A stretch of 62,228 nt of DNA, counting the filler. It is 3 parts of 3 records of this genome, joined end to end, with 100 filler letters (N's around TTAATTAATTAA, not from the genome) between each part and the next. Parts side by side here need not be neighbours in the genome. Positions count along the whole stretch, not along the records: positions 30,717 to 56,641 come from SRR31156797_1182; 2 more parts are not named here. One strand, written 5' to 3'. Positions 36,952 through 46,569 of the stretch are shown piece after piece. The notes under the pieces were generated by a model. The model was not told the DNA's origin. It was given only the letters and a program-made list of their open reading frames with translations, and did not search any database. The translations under genes and the position numbers were made by a program. The first letter of the stretch is position 1. Each line of letters starts with the position of its first letter.

Positions 36952-39507
36952 CTATTTCTTTTGAGTTGGTTTTAGCGGCAATGATGTTCTCTTCAAGCCA
37001 TCATAATCACAAAAAGCATTTGCAACAGCTGCTGCAGTTGGCACCAGCCCGATCTCGCCAATACCCTTGGCGCCATATGGCCCGACAGGATCTTTCACCT
37101 CAACGGGTTTTACCACAATTTGAGGCGTTTGATGTGCCCGGAGGATGTTGAGCTTTCGCATTTTTTCATGAACCAGGTATCCGTCTTTCAAGGGTAAATC
37201 TTCGCTCAATGCGTAACCCAGCCCCATGTGGACGCCTCCTTCAACCTGCCCTTCAAAAAGCATAGGGTTCATGATTTTTCCGCCATCGTGAGCAGCAACG
37301 ATTTTTTCGATATTGCCTTCATTATCCAAAACACAAAGTTGTGCAGCATACCCATAAGAATAGTGAATTACCGGATCTTTTGCATCTGTTCCGGGTTTTG
37401 AAGTCCAGTCGCAAACAAATTGCCCTCTGTATGTTTTACCTGTAAGTTCAGCCAGTTTCTTTGCTTTTAAATCATCTTTCAAAGCTTTTGCGGCATCAAT
37501 CACAGCAAGGCCAACCAGCGCTGTTGCCCTCGAGGAAGTTGTCATCCCGGTTTTTATTTGTGCTTCGGTGTCAACCTCAACCTTTATAAAATCCGGGTTA
37601 ATGCCGGTTTCCTCACAAAGGGTTTGCTGTGCCATGTTGTGCACGCCCTGTCCCATTTCCGTCCAGCCATGTTTTAGTACAATTTCATTTTCACTAACTA
37701 TCGAAATAGTTACTTTGGATTCATCCACCATGCCATTCCCCACACCTGAGTTTTTGATAGCACAGGCCAGTCCTTTAAATTTTGCAGCTTCAAAATCTTC
37801 TTTCACAGCTTCCAGCGAAGCCCTGATGCCCACGCCATAAACTTTTTGTCCTGTGGAAGTTTTCAGGCCGTCAATCAGGGCATTGTCCCATCTGAATTTC
37901 CACCGGTCGAAACCGGCTTTTTTACAGATTTCGTCAATGCAACTTTCCAGTGCAAAGCACACCTGGTTGGCTCCAAAGCCGCGCATGGCGCCGGATGGAA
38001 TGTTGTTGGTGTAAACGGTTTTGGCTTCGATGTCGATGACCGGAATAAAGTAGCCTCCTGCCGCATGACCGGCCACGCGCTCTAAAACTTTCATACCAAC
38101 AGAAGCATATGCCCCGGTGTCGCCGACAGCCCTGAGTTTTAAGGCAGTGAGTTTTCCTTGTTCATCTGCGCCAAGAGTGATGTCCATAAAAACCGGGTGG
38201 CGCTTGGGGTGCAGCCTGATGGATTCCGGGCGGGTAAGCGTGAGTTTTACGGGCTTTTTGAGCAGCCAGGCAAAAAGGGCGGTCTGTCCCTGGACGCTTA
38301 AGTCTTCTTTGCCGCCAAATCCACCGCCATTTGGAATGAGTGTAACCCTGACCTTTTCTTCAGGTAATCCCAAAATTAATGCAACTTGTCTGCGATCCTC
38401 ATATACGCCCTGGCTCTGGCTAAGCAGACGGATTCCACCATCCTCAGGAAATGCGATGGCTGCTTCCTTTTCCATAAAGGCATGTTCAATGCGTTGGGTT
38501 GAATAGCTACCTGTGGAAAAATACTTTGATGATTTGATTTCTTTATCAAAATCACCAATTTTGAATGTGGTAGTTTCAAAATTGTTGGGCCGTTCAGGAT
38601 GTATCCGTTCAGCATCGATGGCTTCAAAAACGTCGGTGATGGGTTCCAGGATTTCGTAGTCAATCTTGATCAGCTCAACGGCTTTGCGGGCGATGGCATC
38701 CGAATCTGCAACCACACCTCCGAGCACATCGCCGATATAATTTGTGGATTCACCTTCTGCAACAAACAGGGGCCAGTCATTAATGATAAGGCCGATATGT
38801 CGCTGTCCGGGAACATCTTTTGCGGTAAAAATGCGATGAACACCTTCCAGCTTTTCAGCTTCAGAAATATCAATGGACTTTATGATGGCTCTGGGATGAT
38901 CGCTGAATTTTAACGCGGCAAAAAGCATCCCGTCCATAAATATGTCATCCACAAATTTGCGTTCGCCGATGGCCGTTTCGAAAGCTTCGTATTTTGGATG
39001 GGAGACGCCAACTTTTCCGGAGGTTTTTGTGATTTCCGGTTTCGTGCCATTCCTGAAGTTTTTGGCAGCCTCAAAAATCCCGTCTTCAATTTTTTTGTAA
39101 CCTGTGCACCTGCATAAATGGTGTTTGAGGGCTTTTTGAATTTCTTCGATATTGGGTTCGGGATTTTCCTGCAATAAAACTTTTACTCTGCTGATGAACC
39201 CCGGAGTACAAAATCCGCACTGGACGGCGCCTTTATTTACAAAAGATTTGGCAATAACATCTTTTACATATTCCGGAAAACCTTCCGGCGTGTACACTTC
39301 AGCGCCTTCAAGTTTTCTCATTTTTGTCACACACGAGGGCATGGCTTTTCCGCTAATTTCAACTGTGCAGGCCGCGCAGGCCGCCTGTGCTGAACAGCCA
39401 TCCTTGACAGCCGTGAGGTGTTTTTCAAGTCTCAAAAACTTTAACAGTGACTGCTCAGGATCACCCGTGTAATGGATTTTTTCGCCGTTTAAAGTAAAAC
39501 TGATCAT
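36952..39507 (-). CDS. xdh: Xanthine dehydrogenase family molybdoenzyme, fused 2Fe-2S + Mo subunit (selenium-dependent Xdh type)
   Basis: KDGCS..CAACTV, QCGFCTPG, CRCTGY, GGGFGGKE, GAMRGFG, EMGQG, GAKGIGE; no FAD domain. Confidence 0.88.
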   Translation of the reverse strand: MISFTLNGEKIHYTGDPEQSLLKFLRLEKHLTAVKDGCSAQAACAACTVEISGKAMPSCVTKMRKLEGAEVYTPEGFPEYVKDVIAKSFVNKGAVQCGFCTPGFISRVKVLLQENPEPNIEEIQKALKHHLCRCTGYKKIEDGIFEAAKNFRNGTKPEITKTSGKVGVSHPKYEAFETAIGERKFVDDIFMDGMLFAALKFSDHPRAIIKSIDISEAEKLEGVHRIFTAKDVPGQRHIGLIINDWPLFVAEGESTNYIGDVLGGVVADSDAIARKAVELIKIDYEILEPITDVFEAIDAERIHPERPNNFETTTFKIGDFDKEIKSSKYFSTGSYSTQRIEHAFMEKEAAIAFPEDGGIRLLSQSQGVYEDRRQVALILGLPEEKVRVTLIPNGGGFGGKEDLSVQGQTALFAWLLKKPVKLTLTRPESIRLHPKRHPVFMDITLGADEQGKLTALKLRAVGDTGAYASVGMKVLERVAGHAAGGYFIPVIDIEAKTVYTNNIPSGAMRGFGANQVCFALESCIDEICKKAGFDRWKFRWDNALIDGLKTSTGQKVYGVGIRASLEAVKEDFEAAKFKGLACAIKNSGVGNGMVDESKVTISIVSENEIVLKHGWTEMGQGVHNMAQQTLCEETGINPDFIKVEVDTEAQIKTGMTTSSRATALVGLAVIDAAKALKDDLKAKKLAELTGKTYRGQFVCDWTSKPGTDAKDPVIHYSYGYAAQLCVLDNEGNIEKIVAAHDGGKIMNPMLFEGQVEGGVHMGLGYALSEDLPLKDGYLVHEKMRKLNILRAHQTPQIVVKPVEVKDPVGPYGAKGIGEIGLVPTAAAVANAFCDYDGLKRTSLPLKPTQKK

Positions 39508-40712
39508 GCTATTAATTTTTCAAGTTCTTCCAATTTTGGGGCAATGGATTTGGGCATTTTAAGCAGTGGCTTCACAGCTGACAAATCTTTTAATCCGCTG
39601 CCGGTGAGCAGGACAAGGTCGGTTTCTGTATCTCTTTTCGGGAAATGCAGATAACCGGCAAAAGCTGCTGCCGATGCCGGTTCAGTAAAAATTCCGTATT
39701 TTTTGCTCAGTTGGGATGAAGCCTCCAGAATCATTTCATCACTCACAGAAATGCTTTTTCCATGGTACTTTTCGATGAACTGCTTTGCCATATAAAAATT
39801 CCTCGGCACATCCACCGAAATCGAATCAGCAATTGTTTTACCTGATTCGACTTCAAAAACAGCTTTGGATAAATTTGAGATCAGATTGTTGCTGCCATCC
39901 GCCTGTACAGCAACAATTTCAGGTATTTGATCAATCAATCCCAGATTTAGTAAATCCTCAAAACCTTTAAACACGCCTGAAATTATCACCCCATCGCCCA
40001 CTGGCACAAAAATCCGGTCGGGGAGTTTTCCGTTGGTTTGTTTAAAAATTTCAAAACTTACTGTTTTCTTGCCTTCAATGGTGAGCGGATTAAAAGCAGT
40101 GTTGCGGTTGTACCATCCAAAAGCTTCGGTTGCTGCAACACTCAGGTCGAAGGCGTCATCGTAAGTTCCTTTTACCGGAACCACCTTTGCGCCATACATT
40201 AAAATCTGCGTAAGTTTGGCGGTAGGCGCAGTTTCCGGAACCATGATGATGGCCTGTTGGTTTTGGGACGCGCAAATGCCTGCCAGCGAAGAGCCTGCAT
40301 TTCCGGTTGAGGCTGTAATAATTTTGTCGATTCCATTTTCTTTGGCATACGCCGAAACTACTGCTGAGGCTCTGTCTTTAAATGAAAAAGTCGGGTTTTG
40401 GGAATCGTCTTTCAAGAATAATCCATGTTCCGGATTGTACAGGGGTGTTTCACCGACTTTCAGAAAAGGCAGGTTGATTGCTTGAAGAATGGGGAGCAGG
40501 CCAATGTACTTTTCTTCAAAGTGATTTTTAAAAAGCTTTCCTGATTTTTTGATCGAATCATAATCATAAACCACCTTTAAAACTCCTGCCGGAGGTTGCT
40601 CGGGTGAATTCTTCAGGTCGCATTCAGGACATAAATACCTCACCTGGCCGGCGGTGTAATCCTTTCCACAGGTTATGCACTTGTACAAATATTTTTCAGA
40701 ATATTTCATCAT
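39504..40712 (-). CDS. Threonine synthase-like PLP enzyme (fold type II)
   Basis: N-terminal CxxC..CPEC, NPTFSFKDR, ASTGNAG, EGKKT, PVGDG, LTGSGLKD; ATGA overlap with xdh. Confidence 0.85.
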   Translation of the reverse strand: MMKYSEKYLYKCITCGKDYTAGQVRYLCPECDLKNSPEQPPAGVLKVVYDYDSIKKSGKLFKNHFEEKYIGLLPILQAINLPFLKVGETPLYNPEHGLFLKDDSQNPTFSFKDRASAVVSAYAKENGIDKIITASTGNAGSSLAGICASQNQQAIIMVPETAPTAKLTQILMYGAKVVPVKGTYDDAFDLSVAATEAFGWYNRNTAFNPLTIEGKKTVSFEIFKQTNGKLPDRIFVPVGDGVIISGVFKGFEDLLNLGLIDQIPEIVAVQADGSNNLISNLSKAVFEVESGKTIADSISVDVPRNFYMAKQFIEKYHGKSISVSDEMILEASSQLSKKYGIFTEPASAAAFAGYLHFPKRDTETDLVLLTGSGLKDLSAVKPLLKMPKSIAPKLEELEKLIA

Positions 40713-40732
40713 TTGTATTTTGCAGTCATAAA

Positions 40733-40930
40733 GCAAACCTGAACCAACCAGTCTTGGTGATTAGGTCAGAGCATGCTCCGACAATTATCTGTAAAAACAA
40801 GGAACAGCCACCACGGTGTATGCACCGTGGTGGTGTTTGGTTTTAAATTCTAAACAAGGGGAGCATGCTCCCCATCAACCCTCCAACGAGTATACCCATG
40901 TGTCTAATTAGGCTGTCGCGACTGGTTTGC
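40733..40930. repeat. Structured intergenic region with three palindromes inside an outer inverted repeat
   Basis: GTCAGAGCATGCTCCGAC (40765-82), CCACCACGGTG-TATG-CACCGTGGTGG (40808-33), GGGGAGCATGCTCCCC (40858-73); AACCAGTC (40746-53) pairs with GACTGGTT (40920-27). Confidence 0.65.
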
Positions 40931-40978
40931 ATTGATTAAAAAATTCAATTCCATTATGCTAAATAATTGCTATTTCTC

Positions 40979-42448
40979 TTACAAATACGCCTTCAGTAAT
41001 CCGGTGCGCTCGTTGAATGCGTTGATTTTTTCGTCCCACTCCTGCACTTTGGCGTACCGCGAAGACCAGTAATTTTCGTCATACCACTGGGCATTGAGTT
41101 CCTCCACGGTTTTGCCCTGTTGTTCCACCCAGGTAAAATATTTCAGGTTGTGCATGCGGCGCTTTTCGTAATAATTCATTTCCATCATGTTGTCTATGCC
41201 AAGCCCCAGCATGTCAGCCTCAAAACTAACTGCAGCGTCTTTTTCCGTGAAGGGTCCATGCAACTGGTTGCCCTCTTTCATCCTCGACTGGTACATTTCC
41301 ATCGAGTCGGTGGCTACTGTAAATACGGTGTCATTTTCATTCATCTCGTAATACTTTGCCATTTTGATTGCCCCCATCAGATTGGCAATGGAAGAAATAC
41401 CCAACTCCGACAGGTGGGCAATAATTTCAGGGTTTATACCTAACTCTTTTTCCATAAAAGTATGGCCTGCCTTTTCGTTAAAGAACCGCATGAGCCGCAT
41501 GTTGGGGTTGTCGTCGATGGCGGCTACAATGTCCATATTTTTGATATTGTGAATCCAGGGCACATGCTTGTCGCCGATGCCTTCGATGCGGTGCTCGCCA
41601 TATCCGTTGAGCAGCAGGGTAGGGCACTGCAGTGCTTCCCCGGCACCAACTTTTATATGGGGGTAAACCTCGCGAAGATAGTCAGCTGAGCCTAAAGTTC
41701 CGGCAGATCCCTGGGTAAGAAACAGGGCGCTGAAACGCGAATGCTCATTTTTTTCCATGTTGAAAACTTCTTCCATGGCGGGGCCTGTAACTGCATAATG
41801 CCAAAGGGAGTTCCCAATTTCTTCGAACTGGTTCAGGTTAACCACCTCATCGCCCCGCTCGGCTTTGAGTTGCTTCACCTTGTCGTATATCTCCTTAACA
41901 TTGCTTTCGCTGCCCGGTGTGGCGATAACCTCTGCACCCACCTTGTGGAGCCATTCGAAACGCTCCTGCGACATGCCTTCGGGCAACACGGCGATTGACT
42001 CGCATCCCAGCAGGTAAGAATCATAAGCGCCTCCACGGCAGTAATTTCCGGTGGATGGCCACAGGGCTTTTTGTGTGGTTGGATCAAAATGCCCGCTTAC
42101 GAGTTTTTCAACCAGCGGGCCGAATGTGGCTCCAACTTTATGGGCACCGGTGGGGAAATATTTTCCGATAAGCATGATGATCCTGGCTTTAACACCAGTC
42201 AATTCCGGGGGTAACTCCAGGTAATTAGCACTGCCAAAACCGCCTCCGAATTCTGTGGGTTCATTTTTCCAGGTTATCCTGAAAAGGTTCAGGGAATTCA
42301 AATCCCACAACCCAATGTTTTTCAGCTTATTTGCAATTCCTTCCGGGATCAGTTCCGGGTTTCGCATTTGCGCGTAGGTAGGCAAAATAATGTGCTTTTC
42401 CCTGCATCGCTTCACTGTGTTTTCTAAAATCTGTGCTGCACTGTTCAT
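40979..42448 (-). CDS. PLP-dependent enzyme, cysteine synthase-like (fold type II), long form
   Basis: FPTGAHKVGA (PLP Lys), PSTGNY, PEGMSQER, GSAGT, HRIEGIGDKH. Confidence 0.8.
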   Translation of the reverse strand: MNSAAQILENTVKRCREKHIILPTYAQMRNPELIPEGIANKLKNIGLWDLNSLNLFRITWKNEPTEFGGGFGSANYLELPPELTGVKARIIMLIGKYFPTGAHKVGATFGPLVEKLVSGHFDPTTQKALWPSTGNYCRGGAYDSYLLGCESIAVLPEGMSQERFEWLHKVGAEVIATPGSESNVKEIYDKVKQLKAERGDEVVNLNQFEEIGNSLWHYAVTGPAMEEVFNMEKNEHSRFSALFLTQGSAGTLGSADYLREVYPHIKVGAGEALQCPTLLLNGYGEHRIEGIGDKHVPWIHNIKNMDIVAAIDDNPNMRLMRFFNEKAGHTFMEKELGINPEIIAHLSELGISSIANLMGAIKMAKYYEMNENDTVFTVATDSMEMYQSRMKEGNQLHGPFTEKDAAVSFEADMLGLGIDNMMEMNYYEKRRMHNLKYFTWVEQQGKTVEELNAQWYDENYWSSRYAKVQEWDEKINAFNERTGLLKAYL

Positions 42449-42496
42449 CTGCAATTTTATTTTTGGTTTTGATATTAATTTCTGATTTTCTGGTCA

Positions 42497-45400
42497 CTAA
42501 AGTTTATCTTCCACTGTTGCAAAAAATTGTCTGGCTCCTTCATAAATTGTTTTCATATAAGGTGCAATTGCTGTATCCAGGTCGAATCTGTTTTTGGTGA
42601 GCACTTGTATGCCGATTCCTTTGTGCGTATTTGACAATCCGATAATGATATTGTTGTTAGATACGGTTGTTATATCTTCATAATCATCCAGTATGAAAAG
42701 GCTGTTGCTGAATTTTGCCATGAATTTTTCGTCATCCATAAAAAAGCCATCGGTTGCTTCATCAAATGAAGATTGGCTTAAATATAAGTGTGGTTTTTCA
42801 AGGTATGGGGCACCGGAGGTTGGGCAAAAGGTGCTGCAGTTACCGCACTGGTTACACCAATCAGCAATGTGCAGGATCTGATATTTTTGAAATACCCTGA
42901 AAACACCCTTTTTGTATTCTGTTGCATCTCCATTTTCAGCAAGGATTTTAGGTGCATGGATTATTTTCTGAGTTGGGCTGTAGGTAAACAAAGCGAGGTT
43001 TGGGCACACACTTGAACAAACACTGCAAAATTCATCACACTGAAAACAGCGACTGGCCTCAGCAATGGCTTCTGCTTTTGATAGAGGTGATTGCACAAGC
43101 TTGAAATTGTTTCGTTGATCAACATCAATTTCTTTAACATGTACGGGAAATTTTCTTTCTGATTTTAGTATGATGTGATCTTTTAGATTTTTATACTGCC
43201 GGTCAAATTTTCTTCCTGTTTGCAGTGAACAACCGGCTTTTTTTGCGATTTCCTCCGCAGCTTTCCGGCCATCGCCAATGGCATTGATAGCTGTGGAAGC
43301 CCCTCTCAACGCATCGCCTCCCACGAAGACATCAGGCAACGATGTTTCATAACCTTCTCCGGGATTTGGAAACTTAACACCTTCCAGAAAATCCAGATCA
43401 AGATCCTGGCCAATTGCCGGAACAACGGTTCCTGCCTCCATGGTGAATTCACTTCCGGGGATTTCTACAGGCCGTGCCCTGCCTGATTCGTCAGGTTTGC
43501 CGGGTTTCATACTGATCAAGGTCACTGAACCTACGCCATTGTTTGAAGTGTTGATGCTAAGCGGGGAAACATACTCCACGATCTCAATGCCCTCTTCAAT
43601 CACGGCGTTGATCTCTCCAAGATCGGCCGGCATATCCTTGATGGATCGGCGGTAGGCAATGATGACTTTTCCATTTTTGCCTACCAAGCGCCAGCAGGTG
43701 CGGGCGGCATCCATCGCTGTATTCCCTCCGCCAATAATTACAACCGGGCTTTTTAATGCTTTCTTATTTCCGGATTTTGAATCAAGTAAAAGGTCCAACG
43801 GGTCGAGAACTCCATTTGCTTCATCGCCCGGAAGATTGATGGGTTTTGATTTTTGTGCACCGGCTGCGATATAAACAAAATCATTTTCCTTCCTGATCTT
43901 CTGAAATTTCTCAATATCTATACTTTCATTGTAATGAATTTTAACGCCCTGATCTTCAATCCGGCGCAGGTCAAAATCGTAGGCTTCATCCGTTAAGCGA
44001 AATTCAGGGATAGCCCCGGCCACCATGCCCCCGGATTTGGGTTTACGCTCATAAACTTTAACAATGAATCCAGCCCTGCGAAGAAAATATGCACATGATA
44101 ATCCGGATGGACCCGCTCCGATTATGGCTACGTTAATTTCTTTTCTTGTTCCAGCGTAAACAGTTTTTTGTTGTTCTTTTTTATTCACTTCTGCAATTAC
44201 CCTTTTCACTTCCCGGATCAATACCGGGCTGTCGTAATTAATTCGGGTGCATTTGGTTTGGCACAAATGATCGCAAACCATCCCTGTTGTTAGTGGGAAT
44301 GGGTTGGTATGCATTATAACCTTATCGGCCTGTTTAAAATTGCCATGGGCCACGTGATGCAGGTAGGATGGAATATCCTGGTTTGTAGGGCATGTACTTT
44401 CGCAGGGTGCATGGATGCAATCCAAAATGCTGAGTTTCTCATCCGTTTTAATGGAAATGTCCCTGAGATTGGTTTTTTGATAACGTTTATCTTTTAATAC
44501 GTTGTTCGTATAAATACCGAGGAATTCTGAAGCGTTTTCCAGTTGAAATACCTTTTCTTTTCTGAGGTTTTCGATGTATTGAGCGAGCCGTGTATAACCA
44601 CCTGGTTTCAGTAAATCAGTGCAAACGGTAACCGGAGCCAGTCCGGATTTTACAAGGTCGGCCACATTAAAGGCATCCGCTCCGCCCGAAAATGAAATAT
44701 CCAGATTTCCATTAAATTCATTTTGCAATTGTACTGCAAGATTCACAGAAACCGGATGCAGTGCCCTACCGCTCATGTACATCATTTCCTGGCTCGCATC
44801 GAAAATAGTTTTGTGATTTCTGCTTTCAAGGGTATTGGTGAGCTTCAGGCCAAAATCCACCTTATTTCTTTTAGCAAGTTTTTGCAGGTTTTTGATGATT
44901 TTGATTGCATTATCATATTTCAAATCATGTTCGTAAGCGATATCGGGAATCTGCGTATCAAAACCATTTTGATTAAAAATCTCTTTGAGTTTTTCCCTGC
45001 CAATGAGCGTGGGGTTTAATTTTATGGTTGTGTGCAGTTTTCTCACTTCAATGAGGTATTCACCAATTTTTTCTATTTCATCCGGTGGGCAACCGTGCAT
45101 GGTGGAGAGGGTGACATTATCGGAGATTTTTGGACTGATCTTTAATTTTTCAACTCCAGGATAAATGGATTTGATTGAATCCAGTTTTTGATGCAGTTCA
45201 TCCGGGGCTTGCTGCATTTTATCCAAAAACCATTGAACATTTTCTTTTAAGATACCCTCCAGGTTATAACCGATACTCATATTAAAAATGCAGCCGATTT
45301 CTCCCGAAGTTCCAATGCCGAGTTTGTCTTTAAGGATGTGAATCAAAATCCAGGCGTCAAGATATTGTTCAAAAGATTGCTGAACTTTGAGTTCCTGTGA

Positions 45401-45733
45401 CCATTCGCAGTTGTAGCCTTCATCCTGCATGTCGATGCAGGGTTTTGAAATTTCCAGTTCATCCAGTGTTTGGATGGTTTTTAGTTCGATAAACCTTGCT
45501 CCGGTGAGCCATGCTGCCACAATGTTTTGTGAAAGTTGGGTATGTGGCCCTGCTGCAACTCCTATGGGCGATTCCAGCATTTTATTAAAGCGGGTCATGT
45601 TAATAGTGTCATCATCCTCAGGCTTAAAAAACAACTCTTTGGGAATGCCGAGGATAAAACCAGTTTGATCGTATTGATTTAAAATCAATTGCAATAATTG
45701 CGGCAGAGGACTCGGAAAAAATTTATCTGACAT
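42497..45733 (-). CDS. ygfK: YgfK-type flavin/Fe-S oxidoreductase (putative selenate reductase subunit family)
   Basis: GVAAGPHTQL, ELKTIQ, KPCID..EGYNCEWS, STMHGCPPDEIE, KLTNT, MYMSG; GltD-like GAGPSG and GGGNTAMD; C-terminal 4Fe-4S motifs. Confidence 0.9.
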   Translation of the reverse strand: MSDKFFPSPLPQLLQLILNQYDQTGFILGIPKELFFKPEDDDTINMTRFNKMLESPIGVAAGPHTQLSQNIVAAWLTGARFIELKTIQTLDELEISKPCIDMQDEGYNCEWSQELKVQQSFEQYLDAWILIHILKDKLGIGTSGEIGCIFNMSIGYNLEGILKENVQWFLDKMQQAPDELHQKLDSIKSIYPGVEKLKISPKISDNVTLSTMHGCPPDEIEKIGEYLIEVRKLHTTIKLNPTLIGREKLKEIFNQNGFDTQIPDIAYEHDLKYDNAIKIIKNLQKLAKRNKVDFGLKLTNTLESRNHKTIFDASQEMMYMSGRALHPVSVNLAVQLQNEFNGNLDISFSGGADAFNVADLVKSGLAPVTVCTDLLKPGGYTRLAQYIENLRKEKVFQLENASEFLGIYTNNVLKDKRYQKTNLRDISIKTDEKLSILDCIHAPCESTCPTNQDIPSYLHHVAHGNFKQADKVIMHTNPFPLTTGMVCDHLCQTKCTRINYDSPVLIREVKRVIAEVNKKEQQKTVYAGTRKEINVAIIGAGPSGLSCAYFLRRAGFIVKVYERKPKSGGMVAGAIPEFRLTDEAYDFDLRRIEDQGVKIHYNESIDIEKFQKIRKENDFVYIAAGAQKSKPINLPGDEANGVLDPLDLLLDSKSGNKKALKSPVVIIGGGNTAMDAARTCWRLVGKNGKVIIAYRRSIKDMPADLGEINAVIEEGIEIVEYVSPLSINTSNNGVGSVTLISMKPGKPDESGRARPVEIPGSEFTMEAGTVVPAIGQDLDLDFLEGVKFPNPGEGYETSLPDVFVGGDALRGASTAINAIGDGRKAAEEIAKKAGCSLQTGRKFDRQYKNLKDHIILKSERKFPVHVKEIDVDQRNNFKLVQSPLSKAEAIAEASRCFQCDEFCSVCSSVCPNLALFTYSPTQKIIHAPKILAENGDATEYKKGVFRVFQKYQILHIADWCNQCGNCSTFCPTSGAPYLEKPHLYLSQSSFDEATDGFFMDDEKFMAKFSNSLFILDDYEDITTVSNNNIIIGLSNTHKGIGIQVLTKNRFDLDTAIAPYMKTIYEGARQFFATVEDKL

Positions 45734-45828
45734 ATTTTTAACTTCTGTGAGAACCAACAAAAATAAGGCAAACTGAACAGTTTTTAAAGATTTGAGCTAC
45801 ATTTGAAGCTTATCAGGATTGAATCTAA

Positions 45829-46434
45829 ATGGACGGTAAAAAGACAAATACATTGATTTTGGCAGCGGGTATTTCATCACGTATGGGAAAGCCAAAACAT
45901 ACTTTGAAACTGCGTAATAGCAAAACTTTTTTGGAATCGCTGATCGATCAGTATTTGGCTTTTGGTTGTTACAAAATTGCTGTGGTACTTAATGCTGAAG
46001 GAATGGCATCTGTTGATCAATCTACTTTTATTCAATATCCGGAAATTAAACTGGTTGAAAACTTCTCACCTGATGCAGGCAGGTTTTTATCTATTAAACT
46101 TGGTTTAAACATTTTGGGTTTTGAAACTCCCGTTTTTTTGCAAAATGTAGATAATCCGTTTGCCCCGCGGGAAGTTTTGGGAAATCTCAAAAAAAACCTT
46201 GCAGGGTTTGATTTTGCAAAGCCGGTTTATCAAGGAAAGGGTGGGCATCCTGTTTTGCTTGGCCCAAAGGTTATTAAACGTGTTTCGGAACAATCTTCCG
46301 TTGATCTGAATTTCAAATACTTTTTGGAAAAGTTTCAGGGCGGAAAGATTAAGGTTGAGGATGCGTGTATTTTGACAAATATCAATACTCCCGAAGATTA
46401 TAAAAGGTTTCTTTCCATTTCTAAGTATCACTGA
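45829..46434 (+). CDS. MocA/YgfJ-like molybdenum cofactor nucleotidyltransferase
   Basis: LAAGISSRMGKPK, NVDNP, GGHPVL, NINTPEDY; lies within the Mo-hydroxylase cluster; TACATTTG promoter at 45798. Confidence 0.8.
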   Translation: MDGKKTNTLILAAGISSRMGKPKHTLKLRNSKTFLESLIDQYLAFGCYKIAVVLNAEGMASVDQSTFIQYPEIKLVENFSPDAGRFLSIKLGLNILGFETPVFLQNVDNPFAPREVLGNLKKNLAGFDFAKPVYQGKGGHPVLLGPKVIKRVSEQSSVDLNFKYFLEKFQGGKIKVEDACILTNINTPEDYKRFLSISKYH

Positions 46435-46569
46435 ATTGCCCTAAGTGGCGATACACACGAAAGCACCACTGAGACACTAAGGTCACAGAGATACACTAAG
46501 ATGTCAAAAAAAATCTTTTGTGAAAATCACGGTTAGCGAGTTTTTTTCCGAAATCACTCCGTATATGGG

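Noticed and set aside
40895-40932. Minus-strand GCAAACCAGTCGCGA resembling the start of a c-di-GMP-I riboswitch
   Set aside because: The required closing strand and GACGCAAAGCC/P2 do not follow.
46466-46500. CACTGAG/CACTAAG/CACAGAG short repeats between mocA-like and ygeW
   Set aside because: Short, irregular low-complexity repeat; no spacer structure, so not CRISPR, and no function can be supported.
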